DNA of 64,000 nt from contig CAVVBU010000017.1 in the NCBI GenBank assembly GCA_963746615.1, positions 27,404 through 91,403 on the forward strand. Direction: 5' to 3'. Below the pieces are notes generated by a model. It saw only the letters and a list, made by a program, of their open reading frames with translations, made no database searches and was not told where the DNA came from. The DNA comes from an uncultured Solirubrobacterales bacterium (lineage in GTDB: Bacteria > Actinomycetota > Thermoleophilia > Solirubrobacterales > 70-9). Below are positions 46,520 through 57,945 of this stretch, one piece after another (position 1 is the first letter of the stretch; the number at the start of each line of letters is the position of its first letter). The translations under genes and the position numbers were made by a program.

Positions 46520-47209
46520 CGCAAGCAGCGTACTCGCAGCCCTCAGGCGACGGCGGGGTCGGGCGCGAGGACCGGTCGTTTTGGGGGCCGCAACCCCCTC
46601 CGGCTCACCCTGAGCCGGCGCGGCGACCGCCTGCTCGAGGCGGTCGTCTCCCCAGAAGAGCTCGTCGCCCACCGCCACGGTCGGGACCCCGGTGACTCCG
46701 AGCTGGATTGCAGCGTCGGTCGCCTCGCGCAGCCTCTCCTTGACCGAGGCGGTCTCGATCCCCTTGAGCACTGCGCGCGGGTGCAGCTCGCAGGCCGCTG
46801 CGGCGAGCAGCACGTTGTCGACGTCGCTGAGATCGCGGCCCGCTGCGAAGCTCTGGCGGAAAGCGGCCAGGCTGAAGGAGACCACCCTGCCGCTCTCCTT
46901 GGCGTAGATGGCGGCGCGCAGGGGGGTGAGGCTGTAGTTGTCGGCGGGCCAGCCCTGCGGGTAATGAACCTCGGGAAGCCCGCGTTCGGCCGCGCGTCGT
47001 TGAATCTCGCGTAGATCGCCGGGGTCGGGGCCATCCGGCTGCATCGACCACGGCCTCTTGCCGACCGCCCGAATCACGAATCCGAACGAGATCGGCTGCC
47101 ATTCGGGCTGCGCCAGGCCGGCCTCTGCGAAGAGCCCGCTGATCCGCTCGGCCGCGAGGTAGGAGTAGGGCGAGCTGAAGTCGTAATAGAAGGTGGCGCG
47201 GCCGCTCAC
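46520..47209 (-). CDS. DsbA-family 2-hydroxychromene-2-carboxylate isomerase-like protein (3' end undefined)
   Basis: MSGRATFYYDFSSPYSYLAAERI ... GVTGVPTVAVGDELFWGDDRLEQ is an HCCA-isomerase/DsbA-like signature. There is no in-frame stop before the pdhA ATG, so the tracked ORF runs on to 45998. The recognisable domain ends around 46630. Confidence 0.7.
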
Positions 47210-48570
47210 GCGTGGATCGGCCAGCCGTCGACCGCCCGCGCCGCGTCCAGGATCGCCTCCGACATGGTCGGGTGCGGGTGGATGATCCGGGCCAGCTCCT
47301 GATACCCGCCCTCGAGCGCCTTGGTGACGACCAGCTCGCTGATCATGTCGCAGGCGATGTTGCCGACGATGTGAGCGCCGAGGATCTCGCCGTACTCGGG
47401 GTCCGCGACGATCTTGACCAGGCCGGCGCGGTCGTCGTAGACGACCGAGGCGCCGGCTCCGCCGAGCTTGAACTTGCCGACCTTGATCTGGCGGCCGGTC
47501 TCCTTCGCCTGCTCCTCGGTCAGGCCGACGCTCGCGACCTGGGGGTGGCAGAAGGTGGCGCCTGCGATGGTCATCGGGTCGATCGGGTGGGTGGGCTGCC
47601 CGGCGGCGTGCTCGACCGCGACCACGCCCTCCTCGGAGGCCTTGTGGGCCAGAGCCGGTCCCTTGACCAGGTCGCCGATCGCGTAGATGCCCTGCGCCGA
47701 GGTCTGCTGGTAGTCGTCGACCTTGATCCGGCCGCCCTCGTCAACCTCCACGCCGGCGGCATCGAGATTCAGGGGATCGGTGTCCGGCCGGCGCCCCCCG
47801 GCGATCACCAGGTGGTCGGCCTTCACCTCCTTGTCGCCTGCCTTGACCGTGACGGCGGTCTTTGTCTCCTTGGCGCCCTCGACCTTGGTCTCGAGCAGGA
47901 GGTCGATTCCGTCCTGCTTGAACTGGCGCTCGACCACCCTGGCCATGTCCTTGTCCTCGGCGGGCAGGACCTGAGCGAGCATCTCGACCAGCGTCACCTC
48001 GACGCCCATGCGCGCATAGCCGGAGGCGATCTCGGCGCCCGAGGCACCCGCGCCGGCGACGACCAGCGCCTTCGGCATCTTGGCCAGCGACCAGGCTCCC
48101 CAGGTGTCGATCACGCGGTCGGAGAAGTCGATTCCGGGGATCGGCATCGCCACCGAGCCCGTGGCGAGGATGATCGCCTTCGCCTCGTGGGTGTCGGACC
48201 CGACCTTGACCTTGTTGGCGCCGGCGAGCGAGGCCTCCCCGGCGAGGAAGTCGACCTTGTTCTTCTTCCACAGCATCGTGACGCCGTCCTCGAGCGTCTT
48301 CGAAGCCTTCTCCCGCCGCGTCTGCACGCCCTTCCAGTCGATAGTGGCGTCGGCCTTGATCCCCAGCTCGGGGCCGTTCTCGCTCACCTCGGCGTAGACC
48401 TCGGCGGTGTGCAGCACGGTCTTCGCCGGGATGCAGGCGTAGTTGAGGCACCGCCCGCCCGCCTTGTCGCGCTCGACCACGGCGGTCCTCTGGCCGAGCT
48501 GGGCGGCGCGGATCGCGGCCACGTAGCCGCCGGGGCCGCCGCCGATCACGATCACGTCGTAGCTGGCCAT
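47206..48570 (-). CDS. lpd: dihydrolipoyl dehydrogenase (E3)
   Basis: YDVIVIGGGPGGYVAAIRAAQLG, the redox disulfide GGRCLNYACIPAK, and the C-terminal HPHPTMSE interface motif. 454 aa. Confidence 0.92.
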   Translation of the reverse strand: MASYDVIVIGGGPGGYVAAIRAAQLGQRTAVVERDKAGGRCLNYACIPAKTVLHTAEVYAEVSENGPELGIKADATIDWKGVQTRREKASKTLEDGVTMLWKKNKVDFLAGEASLAGANKVKVGSDTHEAKAIILATGSVAMPIPGIDFSDRVIDTWGAWSLAKMPKALVVAGAGASGAEIASGYARMGVEVTLVEMLAQVLPAEDKDMARVVERQFKQDGIDLLLETKVEGAKETKTAVTVKAGDKEVKADHLVIAGGRRPDTDPLNLDAAGVEVDEGGRIKVDDYQQTSAQGIYAIGDLVKGPALAHKASEEGVVAVEHAAGQPTHPIDPMTIAGATFCHPQVASVGLTEEQAKETGRQIKVGKFKLGGAGASVVYDDRAGLVKIVADPEYGEILGAHIVGNIACDMISELVVTKALEGGYQELARIIHPHPTMSEAILDAARAVDGWPIHA

Positions 48571-48615
48571 CTCCCTTCGACTCTATAAGACGGGGTGTCG
48601 CCGGCCCGCGAAGCT

Positions 48616-49161
48616 CTAACGCGGCCCTTCGGGCGGCACGCGGCTGGGCATCTGGATCCGGGCCATGGCCCTGATCATGAAGTAGAAGAGCGTTCCCGCC
48701 AGCCCGAGCATCAGCAGCGAGCCGATCGCCTGGAGAACCGTCCGCACGCCGAGGAGCCCGCCCGCGGCCGCCAGCATGAACAGCACCAGCATCGCCTGGA
48801 AGCCGAGGACCGCCCAGTAGCGGGCCCTCCACATTCCGTAGGCCATCGCCACCATCGCCGCCGCGAACAGCGCCAGCGGCGCCGGGTTGGGCGTCTCCCC
48901 GCCGACCTCGACGCGGCCGAACAGCGCCACCGCGGTCGAGCCGATGAAGATCAGCGCGATCACGGCGGCGACGATGGCGCCAACCGTGACGGCGCCGGGA
49001 CGCTCACCCTCTTGCAGGGGATCGAGGGCTTCGCGGGCGGCTCGATTCTTCTCCTCGGCGCGCGCATAGCCGCGCGCCATGACGGGACCGGCGTCGCGGC
49101 CGGTGGCAGATCGTCTCTTGCGCTTGCGGCGCTCGCTCCGCTTGCGCTCGCGGCTACCCAT
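48616..49161 (-). CDS. hypothetical membrane protein (basic N-terminus, ~4 TM)
   Basis: ATG at 49161 overlaps the thiE stop (ATGGGTAG). MGSRERKRSERRKRKRR... is followed by hydrophobic segments (VGAIVAAVIALIFIGSTAVALF, LALFAAAMVAMAYGMW, WAVLGFQAMLVLFMLAAAGGLLG, LLMLGLAGTLFYFMI). Confidence 0.55.
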   Translation of the reverse strand: MGSRERKRSERRKRKRRSATGRDAGPVMARGYARAEEKNRAAREALDPLQEGERPGAVTVGAIVAAVIALIFIGSTAVALFGRVEVGGETPNPAPLALFAAAMVAMAYGMWRARYWAVLGFQAMLVLFMLAAAGGLLGVRTVLQAIGSLLMLGLAGTLFYFMIRAMARIQMPSRVPPEGPR

Positions 49162-49871
49162 CGACCGGGGGTCTGGCCCAGTCGGGATCGAACGGCTTGC
49201 GCAATGCCGTCGCCGCACCCCCGGGGTCCTCGGCGTCGCGGATCGCGCGTACGACGCAGACCCGCCGGGCGCCGGCGTCCGCGACCCGCGCGACGTTCTC
49301 GGGATCTATGCCGCCGATCGCGAACCAGGGAAGGGTCGCCACGCCCGCCGCCTCGCGGATCAGCTCGAGGCCGGTCGCCGGTCGCCCCTCCTTGGTCGGT
49401 GTCTCCCAGATCGGCCCGACGCTGATGTAGTCGATCGGCTGCTCGTGCGCCTTGCGGACCTGATCGAGTGAGTGGGTGGAGAGGCCGATCAAGGCGTCCC
49501 GGCCGAGGGTCTCGCGCGCCGCGGCCGGCGAGAGGTCGTCCTGCCCCAGGTGCACCCCGTCGGCCCTCAGCTCCCGGGCCAGATCGGGGTCGTCGTTGAC
49601 GATGAACGGCGCGCCGTAGGTGTCGCAGAGGCGGCGGAAGGTCTCCGCCGAGCGCTCCAGGGCGTCTCGCGGCAGCTCTCGGTCACGAAGCTCGACCATG
49701 CCGACGCCGCCGGCCATGGCGGTTCGCAGCAGCGGCTCGGGGTCCTCGCCGTGGGGCCGGCCGTCGCAGACGAGGTAGACGCGCGCCCAGGCCAGGCGCT
49801 GGCGCCGCAGCGGGCCGGCCCCCTCGGGTGGGGCGAGATGGCCGGATCCTCTTCGCTTCGCCGTTGCTCAC
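49154..49871 (-). pseudogene. thiE: thiamine-phosphate synthase, N-terminal frameshift
   Basis: FIVNDDPDLARELRADGVHLGQDD ... YISVGPIWETPTK ... WFAIGGI. The in-frame N-terminal region (RRQRLAWARVYLVCDG..) has no start codon. The GTG at 49871 (MSNGEAKRIRPSRPTRG) is one frame off. The junction is at the CCCCC/GGGGG run at 49819-49823. Confidence 0.8.
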
Positions 49872-49904
49872 AAGGTCAAGCCTAGATCCCCGGGTACCAT
49901 GCAG

Positions 49905-49998
49905 GCGTAAAGCGGGAGCCCCATGAGGGCTGAGAGGGCGGCCGAGGCGCCGCCGACCGTCGGAACCTGATCCGGGTAATGCCGGCGCAGGGAAGGTT
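49905..49998 (+). promoter_or_regulatory. TPP (THI-box) riboswitch upstream of thiO-thiS-thiG
   Basis: GGGAGCC..GGGCTGAGAGG....ACC..GGAACCTGATCCGGGTAATGCCGGCGCAGGGAAG matches the conserved CUGAGA and ACCUGAUCYGGRUAAURCCRGCGNAGGGA cores. It is followed by the hairpin CCGGCCGCTG-agaggaaga-CAGCGGCTGG, whose 3' arm overlaps the start codon and whose loop holds the SD region. Confidence 0.85.
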
Positions 49999-50034
49999 GG
50001 AGCGCTCCGGCCGCTGAGAGGAAGACAGCGGCTG

Positions 50035-51207
50035 GTGAACCCTCAAGAGGACAAGTCACATGACGTGGTGGTCGTCGGCGCGGGCGTGATCGGGCTCGCC
50101 TGCGCCTGGCGCGCCGCGCAGCGCGGGATGAAGGTGGTCGTGCTGGATCGCGATCAGCCGGGCTCGGGCGCCAGCCGCGTGGCGGCCGGCATGCTCTCGC
50201 CGGTCGGCGAGGCCTCCTGGGGCGAGGAGAACCTCCTGGACCTGAACCTCGCCTCGATGGAGCGCTGGCCCGGGTTCGCCGAGGAGCTCGCCGCGGAGAG
50301 CGGCGTCGAGGTCGGCTTCCGGCCCTGTGGCGCACTCCACGTCGCCCTCGACCGAGACGAGGCCTCGGAGCTGCAGCGACGCCACCGGCTGCACCTGGAG
50401 CTGGGGCTGGAATCCGAGTGGCTGCGCTCCAGCGAGTGCCGCCGGCTCGAGCCCGGCCTCGCCCCGCCGGTCGCCGGCGGGGTCCACGCCCGCCACGAGG
50501 CGGCGGCCGATCCCCGGCTGCTCGTTCCGGCGTTGGCGGCGGCGGTGAAGGCCGCGGGCGGATCGATCGAGACGGGAGTGGAGGTGACCGCCGCCGAGGT
50601 CGAGGCCGGGACGATCATGGGCGTGCGCACCGCCGACGGCCGCCGCTTCCGGGCAGGCGCTGTGGTGCTGGCGGCCGGCTGCTGGTCGGGCGCCGCGGAG
50701 TGGCTCCCCGCCGAAGCGCGTCCCTCGGTGCGCCCGGTGAAGGGAGAGATCCTCACCCTGCGGACGCGACCCCAGCGAGCCCGTCTGCGAGCGGATCGTC
50801 GCCACCGAGCGGCGTCTACGTTGTGCCGCGCGGCGACGGGCGCCTGGTGGTCGGTGCAACGGTCGAGGAGCGCGGGTTCGACACGACGGTCACGGCCGGC
50901 GGCGTTCACGAGCTGCTTCGCGAGGCCTACCGGGCGCTGCCCGACGTCGCCGAGGCGGAGCTGGCCGAGGTGACGGCGGGGCTGCGGCCCGGGAACCCCC
51001 GACAACGCCCCGCTGATCGGCCCCGGCGCTCTGGACGGACTGGTCGTCGCCACGCGGCCACTTCCGCAACGGCATCCTCCTGGCCCCGATCACGGCTGAC
51101 CTCGTCGCCACCGTGCTCGGCGGGGAGGAGCCGGCAGTCGACATCCGCCCCTTCGATCCCGCTCGGTTCGCCGGCCTCGGAGCCAGGGCGGCGGAGGCGA
51201 CGGCGCC

Positions 51208-51211
<4 letters not shown>
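50035..51211 (+). pseudogene. thiO: glycine oxidase, at least 4 frame changes
   Basis: N-terminus HDVVVVGAGVIGLACAWRAAQRG is a FAD-binding motif. The conserved path VKGEILTLR / DPSEPVCERIVATER / VYVVPRGDGRLVVGATVEERGFD..AGLRPG / PDNAPLIGPGALDGLVVAT / GHFRNGILLAPITADLV..ATAP* requires shifts near 50760, 50810, 50995 and 51053. Stop at 51209-51211. Confidence 0.8.
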
Positions 51212-52197
<986 letters not shown>

Positions 52198-52225
52198 GCC
52201 TGGCCCAGGCGGAGCTTCGGGGCGC

Positions 52226-52891
52226 TCAGTCGTTCGAGCCGGGAACCCGCCCGGAGACTTGCGCGATCGAACCACTCGCCGAGGGTCCCAACCGCCCAGC
52301 CGGCGCGGTGGACGACCTGGCCGAGGGCCGAGTCGTCGAGTGGGCGCGGCGGCGCGGTCGGGATCTGCGCCGAGGCCGATCGCCGCCGTGCGCACCGCCT
52401 TCACCTGGGGGCGGATGCGTCCCCCGCCACTTGCGGCAGAACGCCTCGAGGTCGTCGTCGCCGCGGGCGCGCGCCAGCTCGGCGAGATGCGAGAGCAGCG
52501 TCGCGGTGTGCTCGATGTCGAGCACCGCCAGCCGCAGCACCATTCCGGTGTCGACGGAGCGGTCGAGAAGGCCCGCGCGGAGGTCGCCCAGCCTGGCCCC
52601 GACGCCCTGCGCCGCGGGACCGCCGCTGACGCCGTACCTCGCCGTCTCCTCGGGAAGCGCCTCGAGCAGGTCCTCGACCCTGCCGGCCGCCCGCCCCAGG
52701 GTGTCGGCGATCGGCGTGTCCTCCAGCGCCGCCGAGAGGCGTCCCCAGCGGTTGACGAGCTGGCGCGAGGACGCGTAGAGCTCGCGGTAGGCGCGGTGCT
52801 CGGCGGGGTGCAGTCGCTCGGGATCCCGCTCGGTGGCGCCGCCGCCCGGTTCTTCGGTCAGCCCCTCCCCCGCGATCGTGTGCTCACTCAT
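52226..52891 (-). pseudogene. hypothetical protein, C-terminal part in shifting frames
   Basis: From ATG at 52891: MSEHTIAGEGLTEEPGG..HRAYRELYASSRQLVNRWGRLSAAL..LAVLDIEHTATLLSHLAELARARGDDDLEAFCRKWRG. The sensible continuation RIRPQVKAVRTAAIGLGADPDRAAAP / LDDSALGQVVHRAGWAVGTLGEWFDRA needs shifts near 52415 and 52345. No family recognised. Confidence 0.45.
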
Positions 52892-52964
52892 CGGCGTGAA
52901 GTATCGCGCCGCGACTCCTAGGACGGCCTTGAACCTCCGCCGTCGCTGTGCGAACATATGTTCG

Positions 52965-54000
52965 ATGCGCTGGGACGAGCTCAAGACCGAGGAACGCGGA
53001 GTCCCGCCAGCTTCCCGGCCTCGACGTCGAGCGCGTTCGAACCTTCGATGCCCCCGAGGCGCTCGGCGTCCGCTTCCATGAGATCCGCGCCAAGTCGGCG
53101 CTCAATCGCGTGTCGCGGGCCGCCCGCATGCCGTTCCCGTGGAGTGTCAACCCATACCGGGGTTGCACCCACGGGTGTCTTTACTGCTTTGCTCGCGCCA
53201 GCCACACCTTTCTTGACCTGGACGCGGGCCGCGACTTCGAGCGCGAGATCGTGGTCAAGGTCAACGCGCCCGAGCTGCTGCGAGCGGAGCTGTCGAAGGC
53301 GAGCTGGGGGAGGGAGCTGGTCGCCTTCGGCACCAACACCGACCCCTACCAGTGGGCGGAGGGCAGATACGAGCTGATGCCGCCGATGCTGGAGGCGCTG
53401 CGGGACACGCGAACCCCCGTCTCGGTGCTGAGCAAGTCGCCGCTGCCGCTGCGCGACCTCGAGCTCTATCGCCAGCTGGCCGAGGTGGTCGACGTCAGCG
53501 TCAACTTCTCCGTGCCGACGCTCGACCAGCGCGCCTGGCGCCAGACCGAGCCACACACGCCGAGCCCGCGCAGGCGGCTCGAGGCGGTCGCCCGCTTCAA
53601 CGAGGCCGGCATCCCCTCGGGAGTGCTGATCGCGCCGCTGATGCCGGGGATCAACGACGACCCCGGGCAGGTCGAGGAGATCGTCCGGCTCGCCGGGGAA
53701 GCGGGCGCCAGCTTCGTCAACGGCGTCACCCTCCACCTGCGGCCCGGCGTCAAGGAGGTCTTCATGTCGTGGCTGTCGGTGGCCAGGCCGGATCTCGTAC
53801 CGCGCTACGAGCGCATCTACGCTCGCGGCGCCTACGCGCCGGCCCCCGTGCGCCACCGCGTGGAGGAGGGGCTCCGCCGTGCGCGGCGGTCGGACGGTCG
53901 CGCCCGTGACGAGTCGCGGCCGGCGCCGTCGAGAACGCGGTCGGCGAAGGGCACGCAGCCGCCCCAGCCGACCGTGGCGGAGCAGCCGAAGCTCTTCTGA
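52965..54000 (+). pseudogene. radical SAM protein (Rv2578c / SplB-like family), N-terminal frameshift
   Basis: NPYRGCTHGCLYCFAR carries a CxxxCxxC radical SAM cluster motif. The family-typical N-terminus MRWDELKTEE starts at ATG 52965, one frame off from the body (..QLPGLDVERVRTFDAPEALGVRFHEIRAKSALNRV). The junction is near 52990-53010. Confidence 0.8.
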
Positions 54001-54174
54001 GCGCCCAGGGCGCCCCGATTCGACCATCTGGGCGCCCGTGAGGCGTGAAGAGGGCCTTTGCACACTATTTTGATCGAGATTAGTCGCTTAGTCCGCAAAG
54101 CGAGGCCATCTTTGCTAGCCTGCCGCGTCCTTTACCAGTAAGTCAGTAGACAAACTACGAAGGGACGCCAGACA

Positions 54175-55197
54175 GTGAGCAAGATCAAGACCAAGCGCCT
54201 ACGCGCCGGCGCAGTGCGGCTCGGGATCGCGGGAATCGCTTTGGCAGCGACGCTCGGGATCGCCGCCTGCGGCTCGGACAGCGGCGGAGGCAGCAGCCTC
54301 GACCTGGTCGCCTACTCGACGCCCCAGCAGGTGTACGAGGACAGCCTCATTCCCGGCTTCAACGACACCGGCAAGGGCAGCGGGGTCGACATCTCGACCT
54401 CGTTCGGCGCCTCCGGTGACCAGAGCCGCGCCGTCGAGGCCGGCCAGCCGGCCGACGTGGTCGAGTTCTCGCTCGAGCCAGACATGCAGCGGCTGGTCGA
54501 CGCGGGCATCGTCGCCCCGGACTGGAACAAGGGCCAGTACAAGGGCATCGTCACGGACTCCGTCACGGTCCTGATGACGCGTCCGGGCAACCCGAAGAAC
54601 ATCACCAGCTTCGACGATCTGACTCGCGATGACGTCGAGGTGATCGACCCGAACCCGGCCACCTCCGGCGGAGCCCGCTGGAACATCATGGCCATGTACG
54701 GGTCGCAGATCAACGCCGGCAAGTCGCCCGCCCAGGCGCTCGACTTCGTCAAGCAGGTGATCGCGAACACGTCTGTCCAGGACTCAAGCGCCCGCGATTC
54801 GCTGCAGACGTTCCAGAGCGGCAAGGGCGACGTTCTCGTCGGCTACGAGAACGAGGCGATCCAGGCTCAGGCCGAAGGGGTGGACCTCGACTACACCATC
54901 CCCGACAGCACGATCCTGATCGAGAACCCGATCGCGGTGACCAAGGACGCGCCCTCGACGGCGCAGGACTTCGTCGACTACCTGTACACGGACAGCGCCC
55001 AGCAGCTGTTCGCGGACGCCGGCTACCGGCCGGTGGTCAAGTCCGTGTTCGACCAGAACAAGGACAAGTTCCCGACTCCGTCCGGGCTGTTCACGATCGA
55101 CCAGTTCGGAGGTTGGAGCAAGGTCTCCGACCCGTTCTTCGGCGACAACGGCTCGGTCATCCAGATCGAGAAGGAGCTGGGCAACCCCACGGAGTAG
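54175..55197 (+). CDS. sbp: sulfate/thiosulfate ABC transporter substrate-binding lipoprotein
   Basis: Lipobox LGIAAC. LVAYSTPQQVYE..FGASGDQSRAVEAGQPADVV ... NPATSGGARWNIMAMYG are typical Sbp/CysP motifs. Confidence 0.88.
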   Translation: MSKIKTKRLRAGAVRLGIAGIALAATLGIAACGSDSGGGSSLDLVAYSTPQQVYEDSLIPGFNDTGKGSGVDISTSFGASGDQSRAVEAGQPADVVEFSLEPDMQRLVDAGIVAPDWNKGQYKGIVTDSVTVLMTRPGNPKNITSFDDLTRDDVEVIDPNPATSGGARWNIMAMYGSQINAGKSPAQALDFVKQVIANTSVQDSSARDSLQTFQSGKGDVLVGYENEAIQAQAEGVDLDYTIPDSTILIENPIAVTKDAPSTAQDFVDYLYTDSAQQLFADAGYRPVVKSVFDQNKDKFPTPSGLFTIDQFGGWSKVSDPFFGDNGSVIQIEKELGNPTE

Positions 55198-55217
55198 CTG
55201 AGGGGTAGCTGGACAAG

Positions 55218-56060
55218 ATGGCATCGGCTGACACAGCCGCCGTACGTACCCCGAGGGCGGGCCTGAGAAGGCCCGCCCTTGGCGGGCCCGCGCTGGCGCG
55301 CGGCGTCGTGATCACCTGGATCAGCGTGATCGTGCTGATCCCGATCGCCGCGATCGTCAGCCGGGGCTTTCAGGACGGCCTGGGGCCGTTCTGGGACGCG
55401 ATCAGCGACCCGGAGGCCCAGGCGGCGATCAAGCTGACCGTGATCAGCTCGTTGATCGTGGTCGCGATCAACGCGACCATGGGAACGCTGATCGCCTGGG
55501 TCCTGGTGCGAGACGACTTCCGCGGCAAGCGAATCGTCAACTCGGTGATCGACCTGCCGTTCGCCCTGCCGACGATCGTCGCGGGACTTACGCTGCTCGC
55601 CCTCTACGGGCAGGACAGCCCGATCGGGATCCACGTCGCCTACACGAGGGCGGCCATCGTGATGGCGCTGCTGTTCGTCACCCTGCCGTTCGTCGTCCGC
55701 GCCGTGCAGCCGGTCCTGCTCGAGCTCGACCAGGAGATGGAGGAGGCGGCGGCTTCGCTCGGCGCCTCCAACCTGCGGATCTTCCGCAGCGTCGTCCTGC
55801 CCAACCTGACGCCGGCGATGATCGCCGGCTGCGCCCTCGCCTTCGCGCGGGCGATCGGCGAGTTCGGCTCGCTGGTGCTGCTGACGGGCAACATCCCCTT
55901 CAAGACGCAGGTCGCCTCCGTCTACATCTTCGGGCGGGTCGAGACCAGCGACTACACGGGCGCGGCCGCCGTCTCGGTGCTGCTGTTGGCCGTCTCGGTC
56001 GGCCTGCTGTTCGTCCTCACCCTTCTCTCCCGCTGGAGGAGCCGGCATGAGCGAGCCTAG
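55218..56060 (+). CDS. cysT: sulfate ABC transporter permease
   Basis: Six TM helices, with the EAA loop MEEAAASLGASNLRIFRSVVLPNLTP. It is the first of two paralogous permeases after sbp. Confidence 0.88.
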   Translation: MASADTAAVRTPRAGLRRPALGGPALARGVVITWISVIVLIPIAAIVSRGFQDGLGPFWDAISDPEAQAAIKLTVISSLIVVAINATMGTLIAWVLVRDDFRGKRIVNSVIDLPFALPTIVAGLTLLALYGQDSPIGIHVAYTRAAIVMALLFVTLPFVVRAVQPVLLELDQEMEEAAASLGASNLRIFRSVVLPNLTPAMIAGCALAFARAIGEFGSLVLLTGNIPFKTQVASVYIFGRVETSDYTGAAAVSVLLLAVSVGLLFVLTLLSRWRSRHERA

Positions 56061-56910
56061 CCGCCTCTCCCGCCTCGGCCTGCGGACGGTCGCGCTCGTC
56101 TACGTGTCGGCGCTGATCATCGCCCCGGTGCTGCTGATCTTCTACCGCACCTTCGAGCACGGCTTGGGCCCGCCGATCGACGCGATCACCAGCTCGGACG
56201 GCATGCACGCCTTCTGGCTGACGCTGGTCTGCGTCGGCATCGCCGTGCCGCTCAACACGGTTTTCGGGGTCCTGACCGCGCTCGTCCTGGTGCGCCAGAG
56301 GTTCCGCGGCCGGGCTCTGCTCAACTCGGTGATCGACCTTCCCTTCGCCATCTCCCCGGTCGTGATCGGACTCGCCCTGTTCCTGGTCTACGCGCCGAAC
56401 GACAGCTGGGTCGGCGGGTGGCTCGCGGACCAGGGCGTCCAGGTCATCTTCTCGGTTCCGGGAATGGTGCTGGCGACCATCTTCGTCTCGCTCCCTTTCG
56501 TCGTTCGCGAGGTGATGCCGGTGTTGCAGGAGATCGGCACCGACCAGGAGCAGGCGGCGGAGACGCTGGGCGCGTCGTCCTGGCAGACCTTCTGGAGGGT
56601 GACCCTTCCGTCAATCCGCTGGGGAATCACCTACGGGGTGGTGCTGGCAACGGCAAGGGCGCTGGGCGAGTTCGGCGCCGTCGCCATCGTCTCGGGGCAC
56701 ATCTCCGGCAAGACCGAGACCCTGCCGATCTTCGTGCAGAGGCAATTTCAGAACTTCGACCTCGCCGGCGCCTACGCCGCGGCGATCGTGCTCGCGATCC
56801 TGGCGCTGACCGTCCTCTTCTCGATGAACCTCCTGCGACGCAAGCCGGAGGTCCAGGCGGCGGGGATCGAGATCGGACCCGACGCCATCACGCAGGCAAA
56901 GGAGGCTTGA
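56047..56910 (+). CDS. cysW: sulfate ABC transporter permease
   Basis: EAA loop [27 protein letters not shown] and the CysW-typical [16 protein letters not shown]. It overlaps cysT by 14 nt. Confidence 0.88.
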   Translation: MSEPSRLSRLGLRTVALVYVSALIIAPVLLIFYRTFEHGLGPPIDAITSSDGMHAFWLTLVCVGIAVPLNTVFGVLTALVLVRQRFRGRALLNSVIDLPFAISPVVIGLALFLVYAPNDSWVGGWLADQGVQVIFSVPGMVLATIFVSLPFVVREVMPVLQEIGTDQEQAAETLGASSWQTFWRVTLPSIRWGITYGVVLATARALGEFGAVAIVSGHISGKTETLPIFVQRQFQNFDLAGAYAAAIVLAILALTVLFSMNLLRRKPEVQAAGIEIGPDAITQAKEA

Positions 56911-56911
56911 G

Positions 56912-57873
56912 ATGGGCATCGCCGTTGAGAACGTGACCAAGCGCTTCGGGGACTTCGTCGCCCTCGACGACGTCTCCATCGAGGTGCCCGAGGGCGGCCT
57001 GACCGCCCTGCTCGGCCCGAGCGGCAGCGGCAAGTCGACGCTGCTGCGCGTCATCGCCGGCCTCGAGCAGCCGGACGAGGGGCGCGTGGTGATCTCGGGT
57101 GAGGACACGACGGCGGTCCGGGTGCAGGAGCGCAACGTCGGCTTCGTCTTCCAGCACTACGCCGCGTTCAAGCACATGACGGTGTACGAGAACATCGCCT
57201 TCGGCCTCAAGGTCGCGCGGCGAGGGCAAGGGCGTTATCCGCCAGCGGGTCAATGACCTGCTCAAGCTCGTCCACCTCGAGGGATTCGCCAATCGCTTTC
57301 CGTCGCAGCTCTCGGGCGGCCAGCGCCAGCGCATGGCGCTTGCCAGGGCGCTCGCGGTGGAGCCCAAGGTGCTCCTGCTCGACGAGCCGTTTGGCGCCCT
57401 GGACGCCCGCGTGCGCCAGGAGCTACGCGACCTGGCTGCGGCGCCTCCACGACGAGGTCCACGTGACCACCATCTTCGTCACGCACGACCAGGAGGAGGC
57501 GATGGACGTCGCCGAGCAGATCATCGTCATGAACGACGCCAAGGTGATCCAGAGCGGCGGCCCACGCGACCTCTACGAGAACCCGGCGTCGGAGTTCGTG
57601 ATGAGCTTCGTCGGCCAGGTCAACAAGCTCGGCGACGTCTACGTGCGGCCGCACGACGTCGAGGTTCGCCACGAGCCGAACGGCAGGACGACCGAGGCGA
57701 TGATCGACCGGATCGCCCACCTCGGTTTCGAGGTCCGAATCGAGCTCACCCTCGACGACGGTCAGCACTTCGCCGTGCAGCTGACCAAGGACCAGGTCGA
57801 CGAGCTCGAGCTCGCCGAGCACCAGATCGTCTTCGTGCGACCGAGGGAGACGAAGGTCTTCGCCGCCGCCTAG
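56912..57873 (+). pseudogene. cysA: sulfate ABC transporter ATP-binding protein, two frame changes
   Basis: Walker [12 protein letters not shown] lies in ORF 56912..57256. The signature [15 protein letters not shown] and Walker [12 protein letters not shown] lie in the 57333 frame. [18 protein letters not shown] and the C-terminal domain lie in ORF 57253..57873. The junctions are near 57222 (GGG run) and 57432. Confidence 0.85.
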
Positions 57874-57945
57874 GGGTGGCGCGACGGATTGAGAGGCTGA
57901 GCGAGCCGGCGAAAGCTGCGCCGCGTAGCCGTTGGGACGAGCGGC

